From NCBI GenBank assembly GCA_018675335.1, contig JABGYH010000007.1:308232-372231 (forward strand): DNA of 64,000 bases, read 5' to 3'. The notes under the pieces are model-generated. The model made no database searches, had not been told where the DNA came from, and saw only the letters and a list, made by a program, of their open reading frames with translations. How positions within the stretch are numbered: the first letter of the stretch is position 1; each line of letters starts with the position of its first letter. The stretch comes from Candidatus Woesearchaeota archaeon. GTDB lineage: Archaea; Nanobdellota; Nanobdellia; Woesearchaeales; UBA11576. Below, piece after piece: positions 31,001 to 38,718 of this stretch. Position numbers and translations under genes: made by a program.

Positions 31001-32832
31001 ACTGAGGGTTCATCAGTAAATACACCCATGTCAAAGTTACCCATAATTAAACAATTAGTAATAACTGAATTATTCACATATTGATCAATTTCAATTCCTC
31101 TGTCAGTAATTCCTTGAATAGCAAAACCTGCGCAATCAAGAGCTACATTATTAGCATTGATGTTAAGACCATTTGTGGAACAACTAGTAATATTATCAAC
31201 CAAATAAGTATGTTCAACAGTCAAATCAGAATTACAAAATGTAGAAGTACCATCACCAATCCAAGCATAACCACAATCAAAAGATGCAGGGAAATTTTTA
31301 GCAGTTAATGTGTAATTATTACCAACACCGTTGATACAGAAGTTGTTGTTGCCATTATCTAAAATGCCATTTCCATAAAAAATATTATTGGAAAAATTAT
31401 TATATTCTCCAGAATTAAGGTCTAAATCATATTTAGAGTTTCCAGCATTAATAAAAACATTATTTATGAAACTATTATTATTTCCCCCTTGCAAATAAAC
31501 TCCCGATCCAGTTGTGCTATTAATAGTATTATTTTCAAATAAACCATATTCTCCAACTTGTTGTATGCCATAAATAACATTGTTTAAATTGGTGTTAAAT
31601 ACTCTTAAGTAATCTGCATTATTTGAAGCGCCAATACCATATGAAAAATTATTAATTATACAATTATTTATGGTGATATTGGAATGAGGATTGTTAAATA
31701 AATCTACTCCAAAATTAAACTGGGTTCCATCACCGAGAATAAGATGGTCGTCACAATCTAAATTAAGATTATCCTCCCCAATGTTGAGTCCATTACCAGA
31801 ACAAGTAGATTCTCCAGTAGCTCGAGTTAAATTTTCAGTTAAAATTAAGTTGCCAATAACAGTTACGCCACAAACAGGAGGCAAAGTTTCTGGAGAATAT
31901 GCTTCAGTCAAATTACTACAAGGATAGGCATCCATTTCTACTCCTTCTACGTAATAGTTACCATAATAGTTTGATGAAGTTGTAAATCTTCCCGCAGTAA
32001 GTTCTGAAGTTACAGGCCCACAATAATAACTAGTTCCTGCAGATACATCATTAACATTACCACTTAGAAAAGTATTTAGCCAAAATTGGTTATTTGTCGA
32101 CGATCCAGTCACATTAATGTTAGTTTCCATATCTGAAAAAGTATTTCCTACAAAATTATTGGAGTCCGCATTTGAAAGCGAAACGTCAACCTTACCATTT
32201 TCTTCATTATCCAAAATATTAAATGAAAAATTGTTATTATCCGCACTAGTATCAAAAACTACTGCATGATCTTTAGTAGTATTACAATCATATATAGAAT
32301 TGTTAAAAAATAAATTATAATCTCCTTGTATATGTATGCATGAATCCGTAGAATCATGGAAGGTATTGTTCGTAAAATTTGAATATCTCACATTATCAAA
32401 CAAAATTACATTAATCACAAACCCTGAAATATCGCAATTTCTAATTGTAGTATAATTCCACTGATAACCAACATTAAAAATATTAATGCCATAATCCTGA
32501 TCATACAAAGCATAATCGCCACTAATTTCAAATCCACCACAATCCAAAGTTACATTGTTTGCACCTATATAGAATCCATTACCCGTACAGGCTAAGCCCT
32601 CATCTAAAGTATAAACTCCATTTTCAGTTGCTAAAGTATCACCACAGGCAAGAGTTTGCCCAGGTGTTTTGACTGCCATCCCAGTTATTGTTGGATCGCC
32701 TGGAAGGATTATTGCTGCTGCTATTAAAGAACCAATCAAAGCTATTACTGCCACTACTGAAAGTAGTTCTGCATTCTTGTTTGATCTCATAAAACCTCTT
32801 TTCTCTTTTTGTTCTTTAGTAGTCAGGTTCAT
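22084..32832 (-). CDS. Giant (3582 aa) cell-surface protein built largely from right-handed parallel beta-helix repeats, extremely rich in N-x-S/T sequons; N-terminal TM/signal anchor
   Basis: Single uninterrupted 10.7-kb ORF. N-terminal hydrophobic anchor LLSVVAVIALIGSLIAAAIIL. Repeated N-N-x-F/I-x-x-N motifs (e.g. NNSFINNVFINAGNSKYDLDLNSGEYNNFSNNIFYGNG). Cys/Asp-rich motif DWDCDGDIGWDEPDCGE. Well over a hundred N-glycosylation sequons by eye. Confidence 0.8.
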   Translation of the reverse strand: MNLTTKEQKEKRGFMRSNKNAELLSVVAVIALIGSLIAAAIILPGDPTITGMAVKTPGQTLACGDTLATENGVYTLDEGLACTGNGFYIGANNVTLDCGGFEISGDYALYDQDYGINIFNVGYQWNYTTIRNCDISGFVINVILFDNVRYSNFTNNTFHDSTDSCIHIQGDYNLFFNNSIYDCNTTKDHAVVFDTSADNNNFSFNILDNEENGKVDVSLSNADSNNFVGNTFSDMETNINVTGSSTNNQFWLNTFLSGNVNDVSAGTSYYCGPVTSELTAGRFTTSSNYYGNYYVEGVEMDAYPCSNLTEAYSPETLPPVCGVTVIGNLILTENLTRATGESTCSGNGLNIGEDNLNLDCDDHLILGDGTQFNFGVDLFNNPHSNITINNCIINNFSYGIGASNNADYLRVFNTNLNNVIYGIQQVGEYGLFENNTINSTTGSGVYLQGGNNNSFINNVFINAGNSKYDLDLNSGEYNNFSNNIFYGNGILDNGNNNFCINGVGNNYTLTAKNFPASFDCGYAWIGDGTSTFCNSDLTVEHTYLVDNITSCSTNGLNINANNVALDCAGFAIQGITDRGIEIDQYVNNSVITNCLIMGNFDMGVFTDEPSVNISIINNSISGSSYGIYLDSNLSLIENNSFINSTISGIGVVSSSNIIYNNYFNSSGNDLAFIENNEGNLVSNNLFLKGIGEDYLTNNTFCQNNTGNFHPAGATIPDTECGLKTSPPIDAAFETSEDVVNLTWNSVGNFDAITYQVDLYKNDTGVEGTFYGSVTLTDTEVNNYFEWTPYNQITYGDPQNTSFYYNVTPLAYGVIGFTNQSDFFNVSKATDYDNDSYFIPQDCNDNNPAVNPGALNHSNSSVDHCTDLADRLIDWDCDGDIGWDEPDCGEGFNQAEYTYNFTLIDELDSAENVLLENTYGSIEFLETINFKKMNLNYATIEQNSISVDSVLLYNLANKQVQLNLTNLSYEQIPALLRNGVLCNNSICPSSSRNYTNGIFSTQVNSFSNYSTTNNSKINTYTENGTLETYHRIWFYANYTKFFITDQGNDLSGQSINDQTGGDDFASTNNGSCTISISQSWNGLSKISNTPMIYDSNFGVYKFNNSVTNFTAPGVYNYNINCTSNKFENQSLSSTFTLVDDVTAPIAPILYKQIWLHPTNQSDNSTTVVAGYYDESDIESTIVILRVDEDENYEFSVDTQTNSEIYSTYEGESITLNYHAEEGQNVVLVEWTAEREDAFLTYDYVTFSNHDKTYFQRYAIDQANRTGNDIRVNFTDNLESIIPVGTQVTLYSTEYPSGHFQANVSLYGGVNRISVWGTDKKGNSGSATDDFINHPTGPVEAIPKLWDLPSVENEDFNVIGYIDEESLTHLNITVVIKDEDNEVSLLSQDVNNTSNQLGVLNISSNHAEGASYVFVSQAEYDSLDISESAWANYWVEFSNHDRTYWQRYNVTEIEDNPGEDPRIILDPTLESSVTTSADMVIHSAEWRHGFFNVSINISGNLTANQTNEIYAVGVKNETEGYKSISQYVYYDAGDAPVFYLGEISNVSASTETFIEFNVSDNNEVNISSLWINASKDDNFSIHAVSPESVNDSLGLNMSEFEDNILCSEINTSYYSCNVTLVLFNGTNNVKFNVSDYIGTEKINVTEINVILTNVSIGWVRDYNNWDVTSKNWIWANWTLASGSEDTDLDYYQVSVGKDPSLVDKLNWVNISKQTKEINITHTGSEIESAYNFTFLTNEVYYFNVRAVNLAGATSAPVSSDGILYIDDSAPACEGNCVSQGASAWANSQSSLNASWNFTDAESEIIGYEYSIGTGTNEWEASFDSVHPLTQTSQTSVLVSNLILEEGVKYYFNVRAKSGNSFSNYSSGWSEFFSSAGITTDFTEPVGGAISYVGGDYDIESVDIFYNSGGDNGSGLDNGLDTPSNSVAGIKNVSLWMGTSSLPVGLNNTCPPIYDFNLIHYLTPSNGLAESIEDVNLISGKCHAFKLHVYDGAGNLKVYDSGAIQKVMKSDLTGPTLISSVTDQGFQTFDSSYLHASWTPSSDPETGIDHYAWEILQYNPEDDQCGGDIPNSCPAVSGASGNVTNSEVSVSGLSLDNQIKYYFKITPYNGFNNPNASTYSNGIIYIDNSAPTAPEVYQINDDSNPGDGWIFVNETDKDVTINFNAEEASECVLTYVDIGYSSNENIQECDNFTLTNYSCTNTTVNRFNVGGEISTGGQGNFTWYISCRDSQGVAQDHTQNTNVNFIINWPDAPQVFNVTVNNSDGEFVYADSIAFCSANYTDQDNNVDSALFQWFDDGVNFENSTNLFLSGNFTSAELNLSEYSITRDSTLSCAVNIADETERTNSSSGYVRVSNSAPAIPELIGVSNNTKTNSDIILSWNLTSDLDDDYFIYSIEIDNETSFNYSDNELNNFSRYEILTPSVATIADPDVFGDIIVWADNRSGDWNIFSRNIVTNNTAQITTTTSAETMPKIYKNKIYYQKTNGAQKDLLSYDLTTSKRSEVVTDFKSNTYDVEGNNLIYVNDSGIFNFKLDSLELVMINGVYGADAVSVKGGSFIWGDGSSVWMHDLQSNKSGEILSLADSESKLSMKLDYAGDNLSVFPIVVSSYSDNNGGTAVYFGNNNSFISYPEENFENSYFGDYSINNSLDGFFINQNNNQLIDESDSVTDYGFSDNIVVATNGSKIWIYERDLKLPTSIFISEPTGATAETFEVDTSNSEDGTYYWRVVACDNAVANNSCVYSTTRQFELDRTNPSVEFVFPDQDDIISGVVEFQTTITDNNAITERTYQVKYANNTNITYDNMTGSLPSNGDILLDFSDIENNVTNLTFIVTAKDEFNNTNQSFINFTVDKRAPQLIFGINDTNSSFIESGHIYNETNIDSGFQVTNAINSSFTIYDSQGLIKFKETQETVYAEDHNYTDLIYVGDWAEGEYVIQLNGENGAGPAETNPESREVYIDHSSPIIAQNQTMNVSGDAILTTVVASDSIYLSVNITDETLSLVNISFEYPNGTIVSKVSSVNETQNSTHYLDSGIYTFEVVDLHKFINKTLNWSVVAVDGNNDSTELPSSIFIESTPPIFMGAGIISILEDLSGTITLDDFFIDPDEDIDPTSDNLTYDVVPDPIELLDETLTVELINSTTGEYNITLGNDYVENITLIINVVDSYLIGFETQINISIIPVNDAPYFGGQIDNMSLTEDVSNISINLSEEFFDVDLDNLTYEYNLSNSNFTVVINDSTGIVNITPPANYSNSEDEILPTISFRAGDLINVSEWSPDITLNVTAFNDMPHIAPVITYPSSGEEYGGSINITWDAAEDIDNESLEYHVYFGFDSSQDITSFTNVANTTNNWYQWINSSYNVDYFGIKISAFDGLNYKNSTPVVVQLNVSTPGVDLYSPVNGGVYESLEIPLNFTVDELANCTIYLDGVVNKTYLNTLGNDTTINVSQGETVLNISCVDNLGTYGDPDIATFHALEDFIFIDNISFGSGWTFNDSGIDVALTLSSKNNIDSFNLTFILPNGSLSQYEADDFIPAISDADIEGDYNLSFDEVSQNGTYSIFINASDNESNLFDESYLNVFSSFEKVEQNVNVN

Positions 32833-32849
32833 CTTATTTATTAAATTTA

Positions 32850-33155
32850 TTATAACTCCTCGAGATTATTTTTGGATCGTGATTTTTTGTAAGTGTCAAC
32901 TGCTTTGTCAATTGATTTTTTCTTAAGTGGAATTTTGTCAGATTTTTCTTTTAATTTTTGAATTATTGGAGAATCGCTTGGAAGATCTTCACGTGGAATT
33001 TTTTTGAGTAGAATACCTTCATCAGAAATAGAAAATGCCCAAAAGCCCGTACCTTCACCTATTCCAAGCTCTTCACGAATGTCCTTAGGAATAACTATTT
33101 GCCCGCGTTTATCACACTGAACAATCTTTGGGTACTTCTTCACTTTAAAATACAA
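32850..33155 (-). CDS. AbrB/SpoVT-type (swapped-hairpin) DNA-binding domain protein
   Basis: CDKRGQIVIPKDIREELGIGEGT matches the AbrB/MazE/SpoVT looped-hinge-helix motif. Lies 17 nt upstream of the giant gene on the same strand. Confidence 0.6.
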   Translation of the reverse strand: MYFKVKKYPKIVQCDKRGQIVIPKDIREELGIGEGTGFWAFSISDEGILLKKIPREDLPSDSPIIQKLKEKSDKIPLKKKSIDKAVDTYKKSRSKNNLEEL

Positions 33156-33400
33156 TCGCCTCTTTTATTCTGAAAATCAGATTAAAACCTCTGAAATTCA
33201 TTTTAAACGTCTGATTTTCGTTTAAATTGTTTGAATTTCTTGAAAAAATTTAGTTTTTCTGAATTATTTAACTGAAAGTCTCACTTATATTCTGAAAATA
33301 AGAAAAAGCATCGTATATAAATGTTTCTATTTTTTTAAAGCTTTAAACAAACTTAAAGTTAAGAAAACCTATTTAAATGAGCAAAGAATAGCAGATAGCC
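33156..33400. promoter_or_regulatory. Divergent promoter region with repeated TCTGA(A/T) motifs, including a perfect palindrome TCTGAAAATCAGA
   Basis: ttattctgaaaatcagatt, cgtctgattttcg, tttttctgaatta and atattctgaaaataag lie between the AbrB-like and ArsR-like genes. Confidence 0.4.
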
Positions 33401-34036
33401 ATGAGTCGAAACTTTTTACTAGTGTCCTTGAATGACAAAAAGGCCAAAAAAATTGCAAGCGTAATTAAAAATCCTAGCTGCAAAAAAATACTCGATTACT
33501 TGGCAGGAAAAGAGAGAAGTACAGAAACCGAGATTAGTAAAAAACTTGAAATGCCGATTTCAACAGTGCACTACAGCATAAAACAATTAGTTGAGGCAAA
33601 ACTTGTCAAAAGTGATGAATATACTTACAGCGAAAAAGGAAAAGAAATAAATCACTATAAACTAGCAAATAAATATGTAATCATCGCACCCGAAGAAGAT
33701 AAAAAAGGTTTACGAGAAAAATTAAAAACAATCATCCCCGTTGCACTAATTACAGGAGCACTAGGATTTGTTGCCAGTTTATTTGGAAAAAGCATAGGAT
33801 CATTTGGCTCAAGTATTTCAACGACAAAAATAATGGCAGCACAAGATATGGCAACTGAAAGTGCTCAAGTCATGACTGCAGAAGTTGCAAGCTTTAAATC
33901 AGCACCAATTGCCAGTCAAGCAAGTAACATGTGCGGAGTTGATATTCTAACTTACTTTGGATGGTTTATTTTTGGTGCAATTACAGGAATTGGAATTTAT
34001 TTACTGATAAAATATTTAATTAAACGATTTTCTTAA
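33401..34036 (+). CDS. ArsR-family wHTH transcription regulator fused to a C-terminal membrane anchor
   Basis: KKILDYLAGKERSTETEISKKLEMPISTVHYSIKQLVEAKLV (ArsR-like HTH); C-terminal hydrophobic segments (IIPVALITGALGFVASLF…FIFGAITGIGIYLLI). Confidence 0.55.
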   Translation: MSRNFLLVSLNDKKAKKIASVIKNPSCKKILDYLAGKERSTETEISKKLEMPISTVHYSIKQLVEAKLVKSDEYTYSEKGKEINHYKLANKYVIIAPEEDKKGLREKLKTIIPVALITGALGFVASLFGKSIGSFGSSISTTKIMAAQDMATESAQVMTAEVASFKSAPIASQASNMCGVDILTYFGWFIFGAITGIGIYLLIKYLIKRFS

Positions 34037-34175
34037 AATAATCTCATCATGTTATTTTTATGTTATTCTATTTTTAAACTACCTCTCAATTTTAAAATAA
34101 TAACTTTAACCTAAATTAAAGCTTACTCGTCAGAATAAATAACATAATAGTTCTACCTAGTATTTGGTGATACTA

Positions 34176-35333
34176 ATGAAAAAAATAATCTTACTCATTT
34201 CAATACTTATGTGTTTAACACTGTTAAGTTTTGTTAACGGCACAGAAATAACCCATTATCCAGGAAATCCAAATATTGGCTTTGAAAATACTGCAAACTA
34301 CAATGTAATATTTGATGGAGAAGGGGAAGCAGAAATTATTGCAAAAATAAATATGATTAATTTGAATTCTGAATTGAATACAATAATTCTCGAAATTCCC
34401 GGAAATATTCGAATAATTAATGCAATACAAGAATATGATGCATCAGATCGAGATGAACAAACAGACGAACAAAGAAATAAGTATTATTACAATAACCCAA
34501 AACATTACGCAAAAATAAATTATTCAAAAACAGGGTTTTCAGAAACAAATGTTTACGAATTTAAGCTTGCAAACCCAACCCGCGAACTAGAAAGTACAAG
34601 CATAATTTTACACTACAAAGCGAACGGATACGTACAACCAGGATTTAATAAAAAGTTTGAATTTAAAACAATAAAAATTGGACATGATCAAACAAACGTT
34701 CGAGTAGCAATAGATGTCGTTGATGGTTTATATCTTAAAAATGGAAAAAGCAAAATAGGATATTACAACAATTACGGCGTTTTTGATAGTGCAAAAGGAA
34801 TGCAAAGTAGGGAAATTTCTCAAGCAGTATCGCGAATTGGATACACCGGACAATACACAAAACAAACAGGAGGACTCGATCCTTGGGAAACATATAATGT
34901 TTACGGAACTTATACTGACTCTTGGTTAGTTTACAACCTAACACCCATAATTGTTATTTTAGGCCTAATCAGTTTAGTTTTTTTCATCGGAATAATTGGT
35001 TTTAAAAAACTTAAGAAAACAAAAGAACCAAAACTAAAAAGTTATTTAGCAGGAATTGGAAGCGTAATTGGAATTTCAATTTTATGGGGGCTCGAAATAT
35101 TTTTACTTGTTAATTTGCGAGACCTTGTGGGATATCAATATGATGACTTAATTGGTGCTTTGAGTTTTATCATAATACTGCTGATTACTCTTGTGACTCT
35201 TATTTTAACTCCAATTTATGTCGGACTCAAAAGTAAAAGTAACTATGGCTTTATGGTGGTCGTTGTACAAGTCATTAGTGCAATTATAATATTAGTATTA
35301 GGCACAGTAATTTTAGTTATCTTAGGAGTTTGA
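34176..35333 (+). CDS. Secreted protein with C-terminal polytopic membrane region
   Basis: Signal peptide MKKIILLISILMCLTLLSFVNG; soluble ~240 aa; then 3-4 TM helices. The track start at 34164 is a TTG; the first ATG is at 34176. Confidence 0.5.
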   Translation: MKKIILLISILMCLTLLSFVNGTEITHYPGNPNIGFENTANYNVIFDGEGEAEIIAKINMINLNSELNTIILEIPGNIRIINAIQEYDASDRDEQTDEQRNKYYYNNPKHYAKINYSKTGFSETNVYEFKLANPTRELESTSIILHYKANGYVQPGFNKKFEFKTIKIGHDQTNVRVAIDVVDGLYLKNGKSKIGYYNNYGVFDSAKGMQSREISQAVSRIGYTGQYTKQTGGLDPWETYNVYGTYTDSWLVYNLTPIIVILGLISLVFFIGIIGFKKLKKTKEPKLKSYLAGIGSVIGISILWGLEIFLLVNLRDLVGYQYDDLIGALSFIIILLITLVTLILTPIYVGLKSKSNYGFMVVVVQVISAIIILVLGTVILVILGV

Positions 35334-35465
35334 GTAATTGTTTAAAAAAATAATTTTTTTATTTTTATTTATTATGTTAATTTTTCAATTCTAATTGTTA
35401 AAATCAATAACTTAAACTCAAATTAATTGATAAGTTTTAAATAACCTAAAATCTTTTTTATTCTT

Positions 35466-35930
35466 ATGAGTTTAAAAAATAATAAAGCAATTATTGTAAC
35501 TGGAACACCAGGCACAGGTAAAACCACATTTGCGAAGAAACTTACTCGCAAAGAAAAACTCAAAATCATCGATGTCACTAAATTTATTAAAACTGAAAAA
35601 TTAAGCCAAGGATATGACGTTGAAAAACAATGCGAAATTATTGATGAATTAATTCTTAAGAAAAAACTAATAGAACAAATAAAAAAAAATGAATCTACAA
35701 GTAGTAAAAAATTAATTATAGATAGTCACATGTCACAAATACTGCCAAAAAAATATGTAGAAAAGTGTTATGTAACCAAATGCAATCTAAAAGAATTGAA
35801 AAAAAGACTTAAAACCCGAAAATATTCTAAAGAAAAAATAAAAGAAAATCTGGATTGCGAAATATTTGATATATGTTTAACTGAAGCTCAAGAGAAAAAA
35901 TACGAAATAGAAATCATCCACACAGATTAA
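35466..35930 (+). CDS. Fap7/adenylate kinase isoenzyme 6-like P-loop NTPase
   Basis: Walker A IIVTGTPGTGKTTFAKKL at the N-terminus; ~150 aa; adjacent to other small-subunit biogenesis factors. Confidence 0.55.
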   Translation: MSLKNNKAIIVTGTPGTGKTTFAKKLTRKEKLKIIDVTKFIKTEKLSQGYDVEKQCEIIDELILKKKLIEQIKKNESTSSKKLIIDSHMSQILPKKYVEKCYVTKCNLKELKKRLKTRKYSKEKIKENLDCEIFDICLTEAQEKKYEIEIIHTD

Positions 35931-35958
35931 ATAAAAAATAAAACACTATTTCTTGAAA

Positions 35959-36020
35959 TTAAATGTTATTTATGCTAAATTAAATATTATTTATGCTAAA
36001 TTAAATATTATTTATACTAT
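35959..36020. repeat. 21-bp tandem repeat (ttaaatattatttatgctaaa) x ~3
   Basis: Direct reading at 35959, 35980 and 36001. Confidence 0.75.
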
Positions 36021-36105
36021 TTAAAAAAATTAATTTTAGTATTTTACAACAATATAAAAATAAAATAAGAAAAAAAATTAAAAATATAAAAAAAATATTA
36101 AGTTA

Positions 36106-37392
36106 TTATTTATCTAAAGCTTCCGCAGTAAGAATAGTTATCCTACTTTCTTTAACTTTAGAGTCCATACCAACAATATATTTGATTTCGCTACGTTCAA
36201 CAGTTGCAACTAAAACTTTGTCAACAATCCCATCTAAGATTATTGCATGAACGCCAGAAGTTAAACTCTTAATAGTCCCAACAAGCTCTGTTACTGGAAC
36301 TTTACCAAGAATATTTAACTTTGGATCAAGAATATATGCTCCTCTCGTACCAATTAAATCCTCTAGCATTTTTTTGAAAGTTGCCTTTTCTGGTTCAGAT
36401 AGCGCAGGCTTTCTCACAAACCTAGGATTAGGTGCAGATCTAAGCTTTGGCAATGGTTGCCTTCCTTGAGGTGGTGCTCTAGAATTATTTTGAACTGGAG
36501 CAGACCTTCTTTGAGGAACAGCTTGATGACTCGCAGATGGGCGAGGCATAGGCCTTTTGTTAGCAAAGTCCAATTTAGCTTGTTCTGCTGAAATTTTCGA
36601 ACGCAAACATTTGTGAAGTTCTTTTTGAGTTAATTCTTCAACTTCTTTCCCATCAGGCGCTTTAGTTACAAAATCAAGTTCTGCAACTTGGATTAATTCC
36701 TGAACGTTTAAATCTCCGCCACGATCTCCATCTACAAAAGCACACATTATTTTTCTTTTGGACAAATCAATAATTGTTTGAGGAACAGATGAACCATTCA
36801 TAGCAATTACGTTTTTGAAACCATGCTTAAGCAAATTTAAAACATCTGCGCGACCTTCAACAAGAATAATTTCTTCAGAATCATCAATTGATGGCCCTGC
36901 TGGAAGTCTATCCCTACCATACTCTCTAATTTCCATAACTCTAACTGAATAAGCAACTTCATCTGCTAATTCTTGAGAATCAGGAAGAACCGTATCCGCA
37001 AGAGTCTTTAAAAGTTCTTTTGCTCTGTCAATAACAAATGATCTTTTCGAAATTCTAACATCTTCGATTTTAGTAACTTTGATTTTAGCATTGCACGGGC
37101 CTATTCTTTGAATAATCTCTAATGCAGCACCAATAATACAAGTTTCAGCTTTATCTAATGAAGACGGAACGATAATTGCCCCAGTAGTTTTACCTGCTCT
37201 TGTTTCAACATTAACCTCAATACGGCCAATACGACCAGATCTTTGAAGTTCTCTTAATTCTAAATCAGATCCTAAAAGACCCTCAGTTTGACCAAAAATA
37301 GCACCAACAACATCAGGGCGATCAACAACTCCCTCAATATCAATAGTTGAATGGACTATATATTTTGCACTTACTTGACTAATTTTTGCCAT
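36106..37392 (-). CDS. dnaG: Archaeal DnaG (Toprim domain; primase/exosome-associated)
   Basis: Toprim motifs EIILVEGRADVLNLLKHGFKNVIAMNGSS and IMCAFVDGDRGGD; Pro/Arg-rich linker; ~430 aa. Confidence 0.8.
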   Translation of the reverse strand: MAKISQVSAKYIVHSTIDIEGVVDRPDVVGAIFGQTEGLLGSDLELRELQRSGRIGRIEVNVETRAGKTTGAIIVPSSLDKAETCIIGAALEIIQRIGPCNAKIKVTKIEDVRISKRSFVIDRAKELLKTLADTVLPDSQELADEVAYSVRVMEIREYGRDRLPAGPSIDDSEEIILVEGRADVLNLLKHGFKNVIAMNGSSVPQTIIDLSKRKIMCAFVDGDRGGDLNVQELIQVAELDFVTKAPDGKEVEELTQKELHKCLRSKISAEQAKLDFANKRPMPRPSASHQAVPQRRSAPVQNNSRAPPQGRQPLPKLRSAPNPRFVRKPALSEPEKATFKKMLEDLIGTRGAYILDPKLNILGKVPVTELVGTIKSLTSGVHAIILDGIVDKVLVATVERSEIKYIVGMDSKVKESRITILTAEALDK

Positions 37393-37759
37393 GTGTATCC
37401 TCCTCTATCTTGCAAATAACAAATACAATCAATTAGAATAAGTACTTACGATCCCCACTTTGAAAGTTACAGTTCAATTTGCGCAATGGATTTAATTAAA
37501 TTTAGACGAATTTAACCAATATTAATTAATATCTAAACTGGTTGATATCTAATCGATAAAATATCCAATCTGTTTAACATCCAATAAAAACAATGCAAAA
37601 TGAAACTGTGTGAGCATGCAAGTAACCTCCTTCTCAAAGACTAAATAGAACAACCTGTTACAAATAATGTATTAAATTAATTAAATTTAATGAATATGAT
37701 GAATATGAAATATTTGTTCTATTTAACTTATTGATTGTATTTGTATAACGCTTTAAATC

Positions 37760-37784
37760 GGCTTTGAAAGCCTTTTTGTTTTTT
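37760..37784 (+). terminator. Hairpin GGCTTTGAAAGCC followed by TTTTTGTTTTTT (terminator-like)
   Basis: Palindromic stem plus T-tract read directly. No annotated plus-strand gene lies upstream, so it may terminate an unannotated sRNA. Confidence 0.3.
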
Positions 37785-38089
37785 AAATGATAAATATGAA
37801 ATAAAATGTTGCCCGAGACACTAACTCCCAAGTTCATCGCTTGCATTTAGCGACAGCTCAATTGAGTACTCTCGTGACGGGCTGTACCACGCAAGAGTGT
37901 CTTCAAATCATCGATAGACCTTACGTCAGGCTCAAAAAAGGACCCATTTACGCAGTTTTATGAGTTTATATAGTGAACATGACATATATAAACTTTTGTT
38001 TTCGAAGTTAGAAAATTAAACTATATAAATGTTTCGATTATTTATTACTGTTTAGTAGTATTTATCGTTGCTTGCGGTTTTGTAATATT

Positions 38090-38569
38090 TTAATCACAAA
38101 TACGATAACTTGCAACCAAATTAGAAAAATCAAAATCCATAATTACAATTAAATTACCAGAAGAAACATATTCACTATATTTTTTCGAAATACGCCCAAC
38201 CAAACTAGACCCTTCCACACTCGAACTCACAACTAAATCTAAAGTTTTTGCTAAATAAACCTCTACCAACGCTTCATTTTTTCTCCTACCCACATAAGTA
38301 ATACCATTTAATGCATCATGAGCATAAACTCCCGCTAATTTTTGAAATGAAGTATATTTTTTTTCTTGAACTTGTGCCGAAAATAATTTTTTACGTAACC
38401 TGCGCAGAGTTTTAGGATGAAGTGCAGTTACATTCCCATTAATTAACCTGTGAATTAGCGATTGAGAAACTCCAATTAACTCTGCAGTCTCCCTTTGAGA
38501 ATAATCTGCAGAATATTTTATGAGCGCTAATCTAACTTCAGCAATATCTTCCTCAGTAATTACTGCCAT
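38090..38569 (-). CDS. HTH-domain protein (N-terminal XRE-like HTH, uncharacterised C-terminal domain)
   Basis: ETAELIGVSQSLIHRLINGN resembles a helix-turn-helix. Confidence 0.4.
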   Translation of the reverse strand: MAVITEEDIAEVRLALIKYSADYSQRETAELIGVSQSLIHRLINGNVTALHPKTLRRLRKKLFSAQVQEKKYTSFQKLAGVYAHDALNGITYVGRRKNEALVEVYLAKTLDLVVSSSVEGSSLVGRISKKYSEYVSSGNLIVIMDFDFSNLVASYRICD

Positions 38570-38718
38570 AAAAATTGATTAATTTACTAACACATAAAAG
38601 TTTGATTCTATTCATCACTAGTTTGATATATAAATAAAGATATAAATGGGAGGGGACTTCTTTAAAAATACACACAACAAACTAGGTTAAACTACCAAAA
38701 TTCAAGTGAAATATTAAA

